A stretch of DNA of 61,212 bases from Mycoplasmatota bacterium (GTDB lineage: Bacteria > Bacillota_I > Bacilli_A > RF39 > UBA660), in contig JALERC010000009.1 of the NCBI GenBank assembly GCA_022763805.1, positions 1 through 61,212 on the forward strand, given 5' to 3'. How positions within the stretch are numbered: position 1 is the stretch's first letter; the number at the start of each line of letters is the position of its first letter. The translations under genes were made by a program, and so were the position numbers. The notes beneath the pieces were generated by a model. It did not search any database, was not told where the DNA came from, and saw only the letters and a program-made list of their open reading frames with translations. Of the stretch, positions 9,276 to 18,476 are shown in pieces.

Positions 9276-9849
9276 TGTACATATCTTCAAATTCGTTTTC
9301 TATTTCATTTACTATTGCTTTATATTTTTCATAGAATTTTTCTGGTTTATTATTAGAGTTTATTGTTAAATGTTTTAAATCATCAATTAAATAAAGTATT
9401 GTAATTGCTTTTTGTCTTATAGTATTATTATTACCATATTTATATATTTGGAATATATCATCATATTCAACTCTTAATAATTGATATAATTCTAATTCAT
9501 CATAATAAGTTTCAATGCATGCTATAGCATTATCTTCAGAATACTTTGTTTCCATTAAATCACAATATTTATTTGTTAAATTATCTTTTTTAATTGATGT
9601 TATTTGTTCAATATACTCTCTTGTAATTTTTTTATCTTTAGCACGTTTCCAAACTTTATATTCATTTTCTAAGGCCTCCATATAATAAAATGATAAACCT
9701 TTTAATTTATAAAATATCATGTCATTATAATCAGGATGATAAGGAACATCTTTATATGATTTATATTGTGTTTTATATAAAATTATTGAATATCCAGAAA
9801 TAGCTAAGGCTATAAGTGTTATTAATACTGGTAATATGTATTTTTTCAT
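9265..9849 (-). CDS. membrane-anchored hypothetical protein
   Basis: 194 aa with N-terminal 'MKKYILPVLITLIALAISGYSIILY' anchor followed by a helical, charged ectodomain. 4-nt overlap with the upstream ORF. Confidence 0.5.
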   Translation of the reverse strand: MKKYILPVLITLIALAISGYSIILYKTQYKSYKDVPYHPDYNDMIFYKLKGLSFYYMEALENEYKVWKRAKDKKITREYIEQITSIKKDNLTNKYCDLMETKYSEDNAIACIETYYDELELYQLLRVEYDDIFQIYKYGNNNTIRQKAITILYLIDDLKHLTINSNNKPEKFYEKYKAIVNEIENEFEDMYKKV

Positions 9850-10286
9850 TTTATCACCTTTTCTAATTCTTGTTCGTGCTTAATAGATCTTTTATATAGT
9901 TTATCTAATTGTTTTTTAAATGTTTCTTGATCATTTCCTATTAATTCTTTTAATTCGTATAATTCATATAAATCATTTATTAATAATGAAGCCTTTACAG
10001 AAAAAGCATCTTCTTTTCTTTTCCCAACATAGTATGCTAATTCATCAATATTATATTTAGCATATTTTAAATATAATCTAGCATTATCATCATTACCTTT
10101 TCCCCAGTTTAATGATTCTTTTTCTAATGCGTTATATAATACGCCTTGTGTTCCTTTTATCATATAGACTAAATCTCTATCATTTTCCATTTTGTTATAG
10201 TTTTTAATATTAACTTTTTTATTTACTAAATAAAATAGTAGTAATGATAATATTAATAATATAATTGGTAAAATATATTTCTTCAT
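9846..10286 (-). CDS. membrane-anchored hypothetical protein
   Basis: 146 aa. Its N-terminal 'MKKYILPIILLILSLLLFYLV' is nearly identical in the first 7 residues to the next ORF. Confidence 0.5.
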   Translation of the reverse strand: MKKYILPIILLILSLLLFYLVNKKVNIKNYNKMENDRDLVYMIKGTQGVLYNALEKESLNWGKGNDDNARLYLKYAKYNIDELAYYVGKRKEDAFSVKASLLINDLYELYELKELIGNDQETFKKQLDKLYKRSIKHEQELEKVIK

Positions 10287-10296
10287 AAATTCTCTC

Positions 10297-10812
10297 CTAA
10301 TAATAATATTTTTCTGGTATATTTAATTTCCCATATATTACATTTATTTTTTTTACTGTTTGATCATAATATTGTTTATAGTCTTTAAATGATGTTGGTT
10401 CATACATCAATAAATAATAAACTTCTGTATATAATTCACTTAATAATTCTTTTTCTAATCCTTCCTCTAATGATTCATAATACTCATTAAATTTATCAGA
10501 TTCCTTGTTTGTGTCATCAATTATTCCGTTTTTCTTATTAGCTTCTATAATACATTTTGTAAGATTATTAATCGTAACATTTTTATCGTATTCCTTACAA
10601 CTTTTAATATTAATATCTTTATACATTAACTGTTTGTTAATTTTTTGTGTTGACGAACCAAGCATTTGATATGCTTTGTAATAATAATCTGCTTCCCTCA
10701 TCATTGTTTTAATTGGTTTAATTATTTCATGATGTTTAAAATTATTAATATTAATAAAAAACAATATAAAAATTAATACTATGGGTATAATTAAATATTT
10801 TATATATTTCAT
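10297..10812 (-). CDS. membrane-anchored hypothetical protein
   Basis: 171 aa with N-terminal 'MKYIKYLIIPIVLIFILFFI' anchor. Lies directly downstream of the sigma gene. Confidence 0.5.
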   Translation of the reverse strand: MKYIKYLIIPIVLIFILFFININNFKHHEIIKPIKTMMREADYYYKAYQMLGSSTQKINKQLMYKDINIKSCKEYDKNVTINNLTKCIIEANKKNGIIDDTNKESDKFNEYYESLEEGLEKELLSELYTEVYYLLMYEPTSFKDYKQYYDQTVKKINVIYGKLNIPEKYYY

Positions 10813-10866
10813 GTTCTATCTCCTTATTAATAATTATATCAAAAAAAAGAGTTAAAATAAACTCTT

Positions 10867-11514
10867 TTACTTTGATAAACTTTTAAGTCTTTTAATTACT
10901 TTTTTTTCTATTCTAGAAATATATGATTGGCTTATTCCTAATTTTTCTGCTACTTCTTTTTGAGTATATTCTAAACTATTATATAATCCATATCTTAAAA
11001 TCATTATTAACTTATCTCTTTCTTTTAATTTATCCAATTCTTTGTACAATAATTTTTCTAATTCTTTATCTTCAATTTTTTTTGTTACATTGTCTTTTTC
11101 TGTTCCTAGTATATCTTCTAGATGTAATTCATTTCCTTCTTGATCATAGCTTAATGAATCTTCAAAACTAATTTCTGTTCTTCTTTTTTTATTTTTTCTT
11201 AAATACATTAGTATTTCATTATCTATACATCGTGATGCATATGTTGCTAATTTAATATTTTTATCTAATTTGTAAGTATTAACACCTTTAATAAGTCCAA
11301 TAGTACCTATACTTACTAAATCTTCTAAGTCTATCATAGTATTATCATATTTTTTTGATAAAAATACTACTAATCTTAAATTGTGTTCTATAAGTATTTC
11401 TCTTGCTATTTTATCACCTTTCATACTTAATTGAACATATTTTATTTCATCCTCTTTTGTCAATGGTTCTGGTAGTTTATCAAGACTTCCTACAAAGTAA
11501 ATTGTATTTGTCAT
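10867..11514 (-). CDS. sigE: sporulation sigma factor, SigE-like (SigE/SigK family), apparently without pro-sequence
   Basis: 215 aa with 'NLRLVVFLSKKY', 'SIGTIGLIKGV', 'KLATYASRCIDNEILMYLR' and 'GISQSYISRIEKK'. ATGA overlap with the spoIIGA-like gene and GGAGGG SD. An in-frame stop 14 codons upstream leaves no canonical upstream start. Confidence 0.8.
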   Translation of the reverse strand: MTNTIYFVGSLDKLPEPLTKEDEIKYVQLSMKGDKIAREILIEHNLRLVVFLSKKYDNTMIDLEDLVSIGTIGLIKGVNTYKLDKNIKLATYASRCIDNEILMYLRKNKKRRTEISFEDSLSYDQEGNELHLEDILGTEKDNVTKKIEDKELEKLLYKELDKLKERDKLIMILRYGLYNSLEYTQKEVAEKLGISQSYISRIEKKVIKRLKSLSK

Positions 11515-12095
11515 ATTCCCTCCATTATATTTGGATTTAATAACATATCTACATCATTTTCTATAATCCCTAGTAAAACTTTTTTTACAATTCTCCCATC
11601 TAGTATTATATAGTCTGGCTTTATTACTTTTAATAGTCCAATATTATCTATAGTTTTGTATGGTACATAGAAAAATTTATTAATTTCTATATATTTTTTA
11701 TTTATTAATACTATTGGAATATTATTATATTGTAATGTATTACCAGTATCTAAATATCCTTTAACTATAATATATTTTTTGTTGTATTTTATTATTACAT
11801 TATAATATAGTTTTTTTCGAGTATTTATTATGTATAGTAATAATACTAGAGGAATACTATTTATTCCTTTATAGAGTCCTAAAATGGTTAAATAACTAAT
11901 GATACTTCTAAAACTTTTAAATGTTACTATAAGCATTGCAATATCAAATATATACTTAATAAATATTCGATAACTTCCTATTACACTACCAAGTAATATA
12001 TACTTAAATTTAACCTTACAATTTAATGTATATGAAATTACTTTCAATATTATTACATTAAATATTAAGTTTTTTAAAATTATCAAAAGCATCAC
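11511..12095 (-). CDS. spoIIGA: SpoIIGA-like membrane aspartic protease (short form)
   Basis: 194 aa with about three N-terminal TM helices and then 'KGYLDTGNTL' (DTG aspartic-protease motif). Position between ftsZ and sigE matches Bacillus. The start is uncertain: GTG 12095, ATG 12092 and TTG 12086 are all in frame. Confidence 0.62.
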   Translation of the reverse strand: MMLLIILKNLIFNVIILKVISYTLNCKVKFKYILLGSVIGSYRIFIKYIFDIAMLIVTFKSFRSIISYLTILGLYKGINSIPLVLLLYIINTRKKLYYNVIIKYNKKYIIVKGYLDTGNTLQYNNIPIVLINKKYIEINKFFYVPYKTIDNIGLLKVIKPDYIILDGRIVKKVLLGIIENDVDMLLNPNIMEGI

Positions 12096-12102
12096 CTATT
12101 TT

Positions 12103-12136
12103 ATTATAAAAAAAAGACACAGAAATCTGTGTCGAA
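12103..12136 (-). promoter_or_regulatory. candidate Spo0A-type spoIIG promoter (0A box, 21-nt spacer, TATAAT)
   Basis: A perfect TGTCGAA heptamer lies on the plus strand at 12130..12136, which reads TTCGACA on the gene strand. It is followed by a 21-nt spacer and TATAAT (12108..12103). AGGTGAT and the start codon follow about 5 nt later. It overlaps the ftsZ terminator stem. Confidence 0.3.
12107..12133 (-). terminator. rho-independent terminator after ftsZ
   Basis: Stem GACACAG/CTGTGTC with a 4-nt loop, then 8 T on the minus strand. Confidence 0.7.
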
Positions 12137-12143
12137 ATAAGTC

Positions 12144-13226
12144 CTAGAAACCTCTTTTTCTTAAACTTGAGAAAAAATCTGAATCATCATCATCATTTGT
12201 TTCTGGTTCTTCTTCTAATGTTTCAATAACATCTGGTTGTGGATATGTACGACGTTGTTGTTGAGCTTGTTTCTTTTGTTCATCTTCAAAACCAGTCGCA
12301 ATTACAGTAACAATTATTTCATCATTTAAATTTTCATTAATAACTGCACCAAAAATTGTATTGATATCTGTATTTGCACTTGTTCTAATAACTTCTGCTG
12401 CTTCTTCAACTTCAAATAATGTAAGATTAGAACCACCTGTAACATTTATAATAGCATCAGTAGCACCATTAATACTAGTTTCTAAAAGTGGACTTGATAC
12501 AGCTTGACGAGCAGCTTCTGTTGCTCTTCCTTCACCTACACCAATACCAATTCCGATAAGTGCATTTCCTCTTTTTTCCATTACTGTTTTAACATCTGCA
12601 AAGTCTAAGTTGATTAACCCAGCTACAGCGATAAGATCTGAAATTGATTGAACCCCTCTTCTAAGAACGTTATCAACTTCTTTAAATGATTCTAATAAAG
12701 GTGTTGTTTTATCGATAATATCTCTTAATCTATCATTTGGTATAACAATTAAAGTATCAACATGTTTTTTTAATTCAGCAAGACCAGCATTTGCATGTTC
12801 CATTCTCTTTCTACCCTCAAATGAGAAAGGTTTAGTAACAATACCAACAGTTAAGGCACCCATTTGTTGTGCAATATCAGCGATAACTGGAGCAGCACCT
12901 GTTCCAGTACCACCACCCATACCACAAGTAACGAATACCATGTCAGCTCCCTCTAAAGCTTTTTCAATTTCCGCTTTACTTTCGATAGCTGCTTCTTTAC
13001 CAATTGTTGGGTTAGCACCTGCACCAAGACCATTAGTTAATTTCTCACCAATTTGGATTTTTACTGCTGCTTTTGAATTATTTAATACTTGAAGATCAGT
13101 ATTTGCTACTATGAATTCTACACCTTGTACACCAGATTCTATCATACGATTTACAGCGTTATTTCCGCCTCCACCTACACCTATAACCTTTATTTTTGCT
13201 AATTGATCCATTTCTAAACCAAACAT
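12144..13226 (-). CDS. ftsZ: cell division protein FtsZ
   Basis: 360 aa with '[13 protein letters not shown]' and tubulin signature '[10 protein letters not shown]'. Acidic C-terminal tail. Confidence 0.97.
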   Translation of the reverse strand: MFGLEMDQLAKIKVIGVGGGGNNAVNRMIESGVQGVEFIVANTDLQVLNNSKAAVKIQIGEKLTNGLGAGANPTIGKEAAIESKAEIEKALEGADMVFVTCGMGGGTGTGAAPVIADIAQQMGALTVGIVTKPFSFEGRKRMEHANAGLAELKKHVDTLIVIPNDRLRDIIDKTTPLLESFKEVDNVLRRGVQSISDLIAVAGLINLDFADVKTVMEKRGNALIGIGIGVGEGRATEAARQAVSSPLLETSINGATDAIINVTGGSNLTLFEVEEAAEVIRTSANTDINTIFGAVINENLNDEIIVTVIATGFEDEQKKQAQQQRRTYPQPDVIETLEEEPETNDDDDSDFFSSLRKRGF

Positions 13227-13248
13227 AAATTATCCTCCTTATATGCTT

Positions 13249-14505
13249 CTATTCTCCAAAAAAGTAACCAACAACTTTATTTAACATTGAGTCACTTGAA
13301 ATATTAGCTGTGTTTTTGTTAACTGATGATAAGTTATCTTGATCCTCTTCACTTATCATCGAATATTCTTTTCCTTTAAGTTTTAACTTATTAATAAAAT
13401 AAATAATGTTACCTACCGCTGCTGAGTTTTGATTGTTTCTTAGTCCTACCATTGTAACACTACCAACACTTGCTTTTTTCCCTAGTTTATCTTTAATAAG
13501 CATATCAAAACGATAAGCATTAGTAGCCCCACCAGTAAACATTACATAATCTAATTGTTTTCCTGATAAAGACGTGATTTCCTTAACAATTAATTCAAGT
13601 AATTGACAATATCTCTTACTTACTAATGCTGAAACTTCAGCTTGATTAATTCTAATTTTTTTAGAATCTTTATTAACCACATCGTAAAAATCATTTTTAC
13701 TTGCATATTTAGTATGACAAACAGCAAATCTTTCTTTTACGATTCTAGCTTTATCTAAAGTTAAATTATAGGCTTTAGCAATATTATCATCAATTGCAGA
13801 ACTTCCTATAGGAATAATACTATTCTTTACGATTGTTCCTTTATTATATAGCGCAACATTAATTGTTTCAGCACCAATATTAACAATAGAACCAACTTGA
13901 GAATCCATTTCTCTTGTTTTTAAAGCATTTATAGTTCCTATACTATTAATCATTATATCTACTACTTCTATCCCCATTGATTCAATAACTGAAAGTACTG
14001 AAATAATGTTTTTCTTTGGAGTAGAAACCATTATAGCTCTACTAGCTAATTTACTAGCTTTATGGCCTAATGGATTTTGCATTCCTTCTGCATCATCCAA
14101 TCTAAAATCAATTGGGATAATAGTAACCATTTCTTTTTCAGGCGTAATTTTAGCCTTCATAGAAGATTGTAAAACCTTAACTATGTCATCACTACTTACT
14201 ACATTGTTTTCATTAATAATTTTTACCTCGCCCTTTATAAATGTGAATTCTGCATTATTAGCTGGAACTGAAGCAATTACTTTATTAATTTTAATACCAA
14301 GTAAACTTTCAATTTCTTCCATAGCTTCTTTAATTGAAGCTTGCGCATCGTCCGCATTAACAATTAATCCCTTTTTTATTCCTTTAGACTTTACAGAAGA
14401 TGTCGCCAATAAATTTAATTTGTTATTATGTAATTCACAAACAACTACTTTGATACTATCTGATCCAATATCGATGCTTGTATATACGTTTTTCAATAAC
14501 ATCAT
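13249..14505 (-). CDS. ftsA: cell division protein FtsA
   Basis: 418 aa with actin-like 'SIDIGSDSIKVVV' and 'VNIGAETINVALY'. Lies upstream of ftsZ. Confidence 0.93.
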   Translation of the reverse strand: MMLLKNVYTSIDIGSDSIKVVVCELHNNKLNLLATSSVKSKGIKKGLIVNADDAQASIKEAMEEIESLLGIKINKVIASVPANNAEFTFIKGEVKIINENNVVSSDDIVKVLQSSMKAKITPEKEMVTIIPIDFRLDDAEGMQNPLGHKASKLASRAIMVSTPKKNIISVLSVIESMGIEVVDIMINSIGTINALKTREMDSQVGSIVNIGAETINVALYNKGTIVKNSIIPIGSSAIDDNIAKAYNLTLDKARIVKERFAVCHTKYASKNDFYDVVNKDSKKIRINQAEVSALVSKRYCQLLELIVKEITSLSGKQLDYVMFTGGATNAYRFDMLIKDKLGKKASVGSVTMVGLRNNQNSAAVGNIIYFINKLKLKGKEYSMISEEDQDNLSSVNKNTANISSDSMLNKVVGYFFGE

Positions 14506-14575
14506 CTCCTATAATCTACAAACTAATTATACTATATATTTTAATAAAAGTAAAACAAAAAAAGACTATATAGTC

Positions 14576-15262
14576 TTAATTTTCCATTATTTTAAAGTAT
14601 TCTCCAGAATTTAAATATAGTATTCCCTTCTTATTATTAAATTCTTTTATATATTTTAAATAATTATTTATATTACTACACTTTGATAAAGTAATATAAA
14701 CATAATTACCATCTGACATAGTTAATAAGAATCTCTCTTTATCAACATTATCAGGATCATATTTAATTTCAGAAATATTATCTAATATATCAGGGTTAAT
14801 TAAAGCAAACTTAGTTATCATCTTTTTATAAACTTTATTTGGAACTTGATTAATTAATGTTGGAACATCATAATTTCCAGAAAATGTAGTCCCATCTTTT
14901 AATACTATTTTACTAATATTAACATCATAAAATAGTAAAGGATTCTCTTCTATATCAATATATACTCTTGTAAAACAGGTCTTTTTAACTTTGGCTGTTT
15001 TAATTAATGGATTTTTTTCTAGTCTTTTTTCAATTTTTTTACATGAATTTTGAAAAGTACTTGGATAATCTTTTATTTTAGCAGTTTCAATAACCTCTAA
15101 ATCAGTTAAATAATAATTATTTTTTATATATATATTTGTTATCTTAAAATTAGCTATTTCATAAACTGCCCCTATAATTATTAAGATAAAAGTTAAAAAT
15201 AAAAATATATTAAAAAATTTAATTCTAATTTTTTTCTTAGTCCCTTTTTTCTTCTTTTTCAT
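14576..15262 (-). CDS. divIB: cell division protein DivIB/FtsQ
   Basis: 228 aa: basic N-terminus, single TM, then a POTRA-like 'ITNIYIKNNYYLTDLEVIE'. Position between murB and ftsA. Confidence 0.72.
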   Translation of the reverse strand: MKKKKKGTKKKIRIKFFNIFLFLTFILIIIGAVYEIANFKITNIYIKNNYYLTDLEVIETAKIKDYPSTFQNSCKKIEKRLEKNPLIKTAKVKKTCFTRVYIDIEENPLLFYDVNISKIVLKDGTTFSGNYDVPTLINQVPNKVYKKMITKFALINPDILDNISEIKYDPDNVDKERFLLTMSDGNYVYITLSKCSNINNYLKYIKEFNNKKGILYLNSGEYFKIMEN

Positions 15263-15273
15263 AAATTCTCCTA

Positions 15274-16173
15274 TTAATCAACAAATTCTTGTTCTACTTT
15301 AAGTTCTATATCATATTCTTCTTTTACTTTATTCTGTATTTCTAAAATAAGTTTCTTAATATCATCACCTTTAGCATGACCAGCATTAATAATAAAATTA
15401 GCATGTTTAATAGATACCATAGCATCCCCTATTTTATGCCCTTTATAACCAATACTCTCAATTAATCTTCCAGCATAATCACCTTCTGGATTTCTAAATA
15501 CAGAACCAGCTGAAGGATATTCTAATGGTTGAGATTCTAATCTTCTTAATTTTCTATCTCTAATAACATTAATAATTGCTTCTTTATCACCTTTATATAA
15601 AGATAATGTACAACTTAAACAAATATAGCCTTTATTTTTTTGTAAAAATGATGTTCTATAATGAAAATCTAATTCCTTATTTTTCATTATTTTTATTTCT
15701 AAATCAGGAGTTAAAACTTCCACTTCTTTTACAATATATCCCATATCACTTTTATAAGCACCAGCATTCATGAATATTGCCCCACCAACACTTCCAGGAA
15801 TACCACTTGCAAATTCTAGTCCAGCCAATGAATTTCTAGCAGCTAAAAGAGATAATTTAATAAGTGAATAACCTGCTTCAGCATATATTTCCGTTCCATT
15901 AATTTTAACATCATTTAAATTATCTAATTTAATTAGTATTCCATCATATAATGAGTCACTAAAAATTAAATTAGATCCAAATCCTAAAATTTTATATTTT
16001 AAATTATTCTTTTTAATATAATTTAATAATTTAATTAAAGAATCTCTATTATCAGGAATTACTAAAAATCTTCCTAATCCTCCAGCTTTATATGTTGTAT
16101 ATTTTTTTAAATCTACGTATTCTTTTATTTCTCCTATATTTAATTTTTTTAAACTATTAATATCCATAATCAT
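15274..16173 (-). CDS. murB: UDP-N-acetylenolpyruvoylglucosamine reductase
   Basis: 299 aa with 'TYKAGG', 'LGFGSNLIFSD', 'GIPGSVGGAIFMNAGAY' and 'PSAGSVFRNP'. Confidence 0.92.
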   Translation of the reverse strand: MIMDINSLKKLNIGEIKEYVDLKKYTTYKAGGLGRFLVIPDNRDSLIKLLNYIKKNNLKYKILGFGSNLIFSDSLYDGILIKLDNLNDVKINGTEIYAEAGYSLIKLSLLAARNSLAGLEFASGIPGSVGGAIFMNAGAYKSDMGYIVKEVEVLTPDLEIKIMKNKELDFHYRTSFLQKNKGYICLSCTLSLYKGDKEAIINVIRDRKLRRLESQPLEYPSAGSVFRNPEGDYAGRLIESIGYKGHKIGDAMVSIKHANFIINAGHAKGDDIKKLILEIQNKVKEEYDIELKVEQEFVD

Positions 16174-17252
16174 TTCCTATCTACCAAATTCTTGATGTTT
16201 TCATAAATTATAGTTGCAGAATCATCAATTTTAAGTTGTATTAAATTATTTTTCATTATTTTAATTCTTTCTTCATTATTAATAATTTTATCTATTTCTT
16301 CTACTAGTTTATTACTATCTAAATCTTTTTCTTCAATCAATGTACAAGCATCAATATTCTTCAAATCCAATGCATTTTTATATTGATGATTATTTGTTAC
16401 ATATGGACTAGGAATGATAATTGATGGAAGTCCAAGTGCTATAATTTCAGAAAGTGTACTAGCACCAGCCCTACTAATAATTAAATCTGTTCTTTTCATT
16501 AGTCTTGCAATATCATTTATAAATGGTACTACAAATACATTTTTTGGAAATTTATGTTTAATAACATCATCATACATATTTTTCCCTGTCACAAACATTA
16601 TTTGATAATCTTTTTTTTCAAATAATTTCATAGTGTTTATTAAAAAATCATTCATTTTTGAAGACCCTAATGATCCCATTACAAATAATACTAATTTTTT
16701 ATTATCATCCAAACCAAATTCTTTCTTATCACATGCTTTAATTTTAAGTGCATTTTCACTTACCGGATTACCTGAGAAAAATACTTTATCACTTGGAAGT
16801 TCTTTCATACTTGATTTAAACGATACAGCTATTTTATCACTATATTTAAATAATAGCTTGTTGCTAGTACCAAATACACTATTTTGTTCATGTATAAGAG
16901 TTTTGTAACCTAATTTTTTGGCTGCATAAATAACCGGAAATGTAACATATCCACCAGCACCTATTACAATATCAGGTTTAAATTCATTAATATATTTTTT
17001 ACAATCACTATAACTTCTAATTAAACATTTAATTGCTTTAAAATTTTTTAGTATTTGTTTTCTATTTAATCCGTACATTTCAATACTTTTAAATGGTATA
17101 CCTTTTTCAGGTATAATATCTTTTTCCATTCTATTATGTGTTCCAATATATAAGAATTCACTTTTTGGTTCACGTTCTTTTATTTTATTAATTATGGCAA
17201 GTGCAGGATAAATATGTCCTCCTGTACCACCAGCACTTATAATAACTCTCAT
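16170..17252 (-). CDS. murG: undecaprenyldiphospho-muramoylpentapeptide beta-N-acetylglucosaminyltransferase
   Basis: 360 aa with 'GGTGGHIYPALA', 'GAGGYVTFP' and 'SRAGASTLSEI'. Confidence 0.92.
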   Translation of the reverse strand: MRVIISAGGTGGHIYPALAIINKIKEREPKSEFLYIGTHNRMEKDIIPEKGIPFKSIEMYGLNRKQILKNFKAIKCLIRSYSDCKKYINEFKPDIVIGAGGYVTFPVIYAAKKLGYKTLIHEQNSVFGTSNKLLFKYSDKIAVSFKSSMKELPSDKVFFSGNPVSENALKIKACDKKEFGLDDNKKLVLFVMGSLGSSKMNDFLINTMKLFEKKDYQIMFVTGKNMYDDVIKHKFPKNVFVVPFINDIARLMKRTDLIISRAGASTLSEIIALGLPSIIIPSPYVTNNHQYKNALDLKNIDACTLIEEKDLDSNKLVEEIDKIINNEERIKIMKNNLIQLKIDDSATIIYENIKNLVDRK

Positions 17253-17255
17253 ATA

Positions 17256-17280
17256 ATCACCTATTTAATTATATCATATT
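17256..17280 (-). promoter_or_regulatory. extended -10 + SD module upstream of murG (25-nt copy A)
   Basis: The minus strand reads AATATGATATAATTAAATAGGTGAT, which is TGaTATAAT, 5 nt, then AGGTGAT. Identical to 18477..18501. Confidence 0.5.
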
Positions 17281-17296
17281 TAAACTATTTATAAAA

Positions 17297-17530
17297 CTAA
17301 TATAACTTTTCTTTTACCTTTAATCCTATACCTTATGTATGTTTTTTTGAATTAGCACTATAGAAAATATAATATTTTCCATTTTCATGTACTTAACTAC
17401 TTCTATATATTCCTAAATTATCCCAATTATTAATCTTTTTTGAAGATTAAAGAATTTTTTTAGAATTAGTAAAAGCACACATTACCATTTCTTTAACACC
17501 ATTATTATCATTATAAACACTTACCCTGCA
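17297..17530 (-). pseudogene. decayed gene fragment, beta-propeller glycosidase-like
   Basis: One frame reads CRVSVYNDNNGVKEMVMCAFTNSKKIL*SSKKINNWDNLGIYRSS*VHENGKYYIFYSANSKKHT*GIGLKVKEKLY*. It has three in-frame TAA stops. 'GKYYIFYSA ... GIGL' resembles blade motifs of GH43/GH130-type enzymes. Confidence 0.35.
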
Positions 17531-17611
17531 TCATTATTATCTAATACTAATTTATCCATAGCATAACAAAAGTGTTTTTAATTTCAAAATATTATATAGT
17601 AAAATATTTGC

Positions 17612-17641
17612 TAAGTCAAAAAAAGACCATGCGGTCTTTTT
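17612..17641 (-). terminator. rho-independent terminator after uppP
   Basis: Stem AAAAGACC/GGTCTTTT with loop ATGC, followed on the minus strand by a T-run. Overlaps the stop codon. Confidence 0.72.
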
Positions 17642-18473
17642 ATAAAAACATCATAACTAATAATCCTGCTATTAAACAGTACATAGAAAATATCATTAAC
17701 TTTCCATTTTTAACAGTATTTCTAAACCATATAGTTGCAATATATGTGAATATACCAGAAATAACAGCACCAATTATATAATAAACCCATAAAGTAGACG
17801 AGATAGACATCTCTAGTAAATCTTTAACACCTAATATCATTGTTGCAACACTTATTGGTAAATAAAGCATAAATGAAAAATTAAATGCATCTTCTCTTTT
17901 TAACCCTGAAAACATTCCTCCAACAATAGTTGATCCACTTCTACTAATACCTGGAAGTAAGGCTATCATTTGAAATATACCTATTTCTATAGCATCTTTT
18001 AATTTCATATCTTTTTTATCTTTCATTCCCTTAAAATCTTTAATAATGTATAAGAATAAAGCTGTAATAACAAGCATTAATCCAATTATTCTTATATCTT
18101 TTTCTAAAGATTTAAATAGATCAAGTTTTGAAACGATAATTCCCATAACACCTGCAGGAATTGTAGCTACTACTATATACCAACAATAATTATAATTTAA
18201 TTTGTTTTCTTTACTTCTATCTTTTTTAAATAAATAAGTAAAAAAAGACTTAATAAGTTTGAAAATTTCTTTTCTAAAGAATATAAAAATTGCTATAAAT
18301 GAACCAAAATTAGTAATAGTGGCAAATGTTTCATAATCTAGATTTAATGGAGATGAAGAAAATTTTTCAATTATTTTTTTAAATATTAAAATATGTCCAC
18401 TACTAGAAACTGGAATAGGTTCAGTAATTCCTTGAATAAAACCAAGGAAAATATAAATTAACAAATTTTTCAT
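17640..18473 (-). CDS. uppP: undecaprenyl-diphosphate phosphatase
   Basis: 277 aa, polytopic, with 'EPIPVSSSGHIL' and 'LPGISRSGSTI'. Confidence 0.9.
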   Translation of the reverse strand: MKNLLIYIFLGFIQGITEPIPVSSSGHILIFKKIIEKFSSSPLNLDYETFATITNFGSFIAIFIFFRKEIFKLIKSFFTYLFKKDRSKENKLNYNYCWYIVVATIPAGVMGIIVSKLDLFKSLEKDIRIIGLMLVITALFLYIIKDFKGMKDKKDMKLKDAIEIGIFQMIALLPGISRSGSTIVGGMFSGLKREDAFNFSFMLYLPISVATMILGVKDLLEMSISSTLWVYYIIGAVISGIFTYIATIWFRNTVKNGKLMIFSMYCLIAGLLVMMFL

Positions 18474-18476
18474 TTT

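Noticed and set aside
14006-14614. 202-aa plus-strand ORF
   Set aside because: It lies entirely antisense to the well-supported ftsA gene. The translation is low-complexity, Leu/Ile/Ser-rich and typical of the reverse frame of an AT-rich gene, and there is no SD.
17297-17530. In-frame TAA codons as evidence of stop-codon reassignment
   Set aside because: All well-supported genes in the window terminate at TAA, TAG or TGA, and Trp is encoded by TGG. Only this remnant and the 9077..9241 fragment show internal stops, so decay is the simpler explanation.
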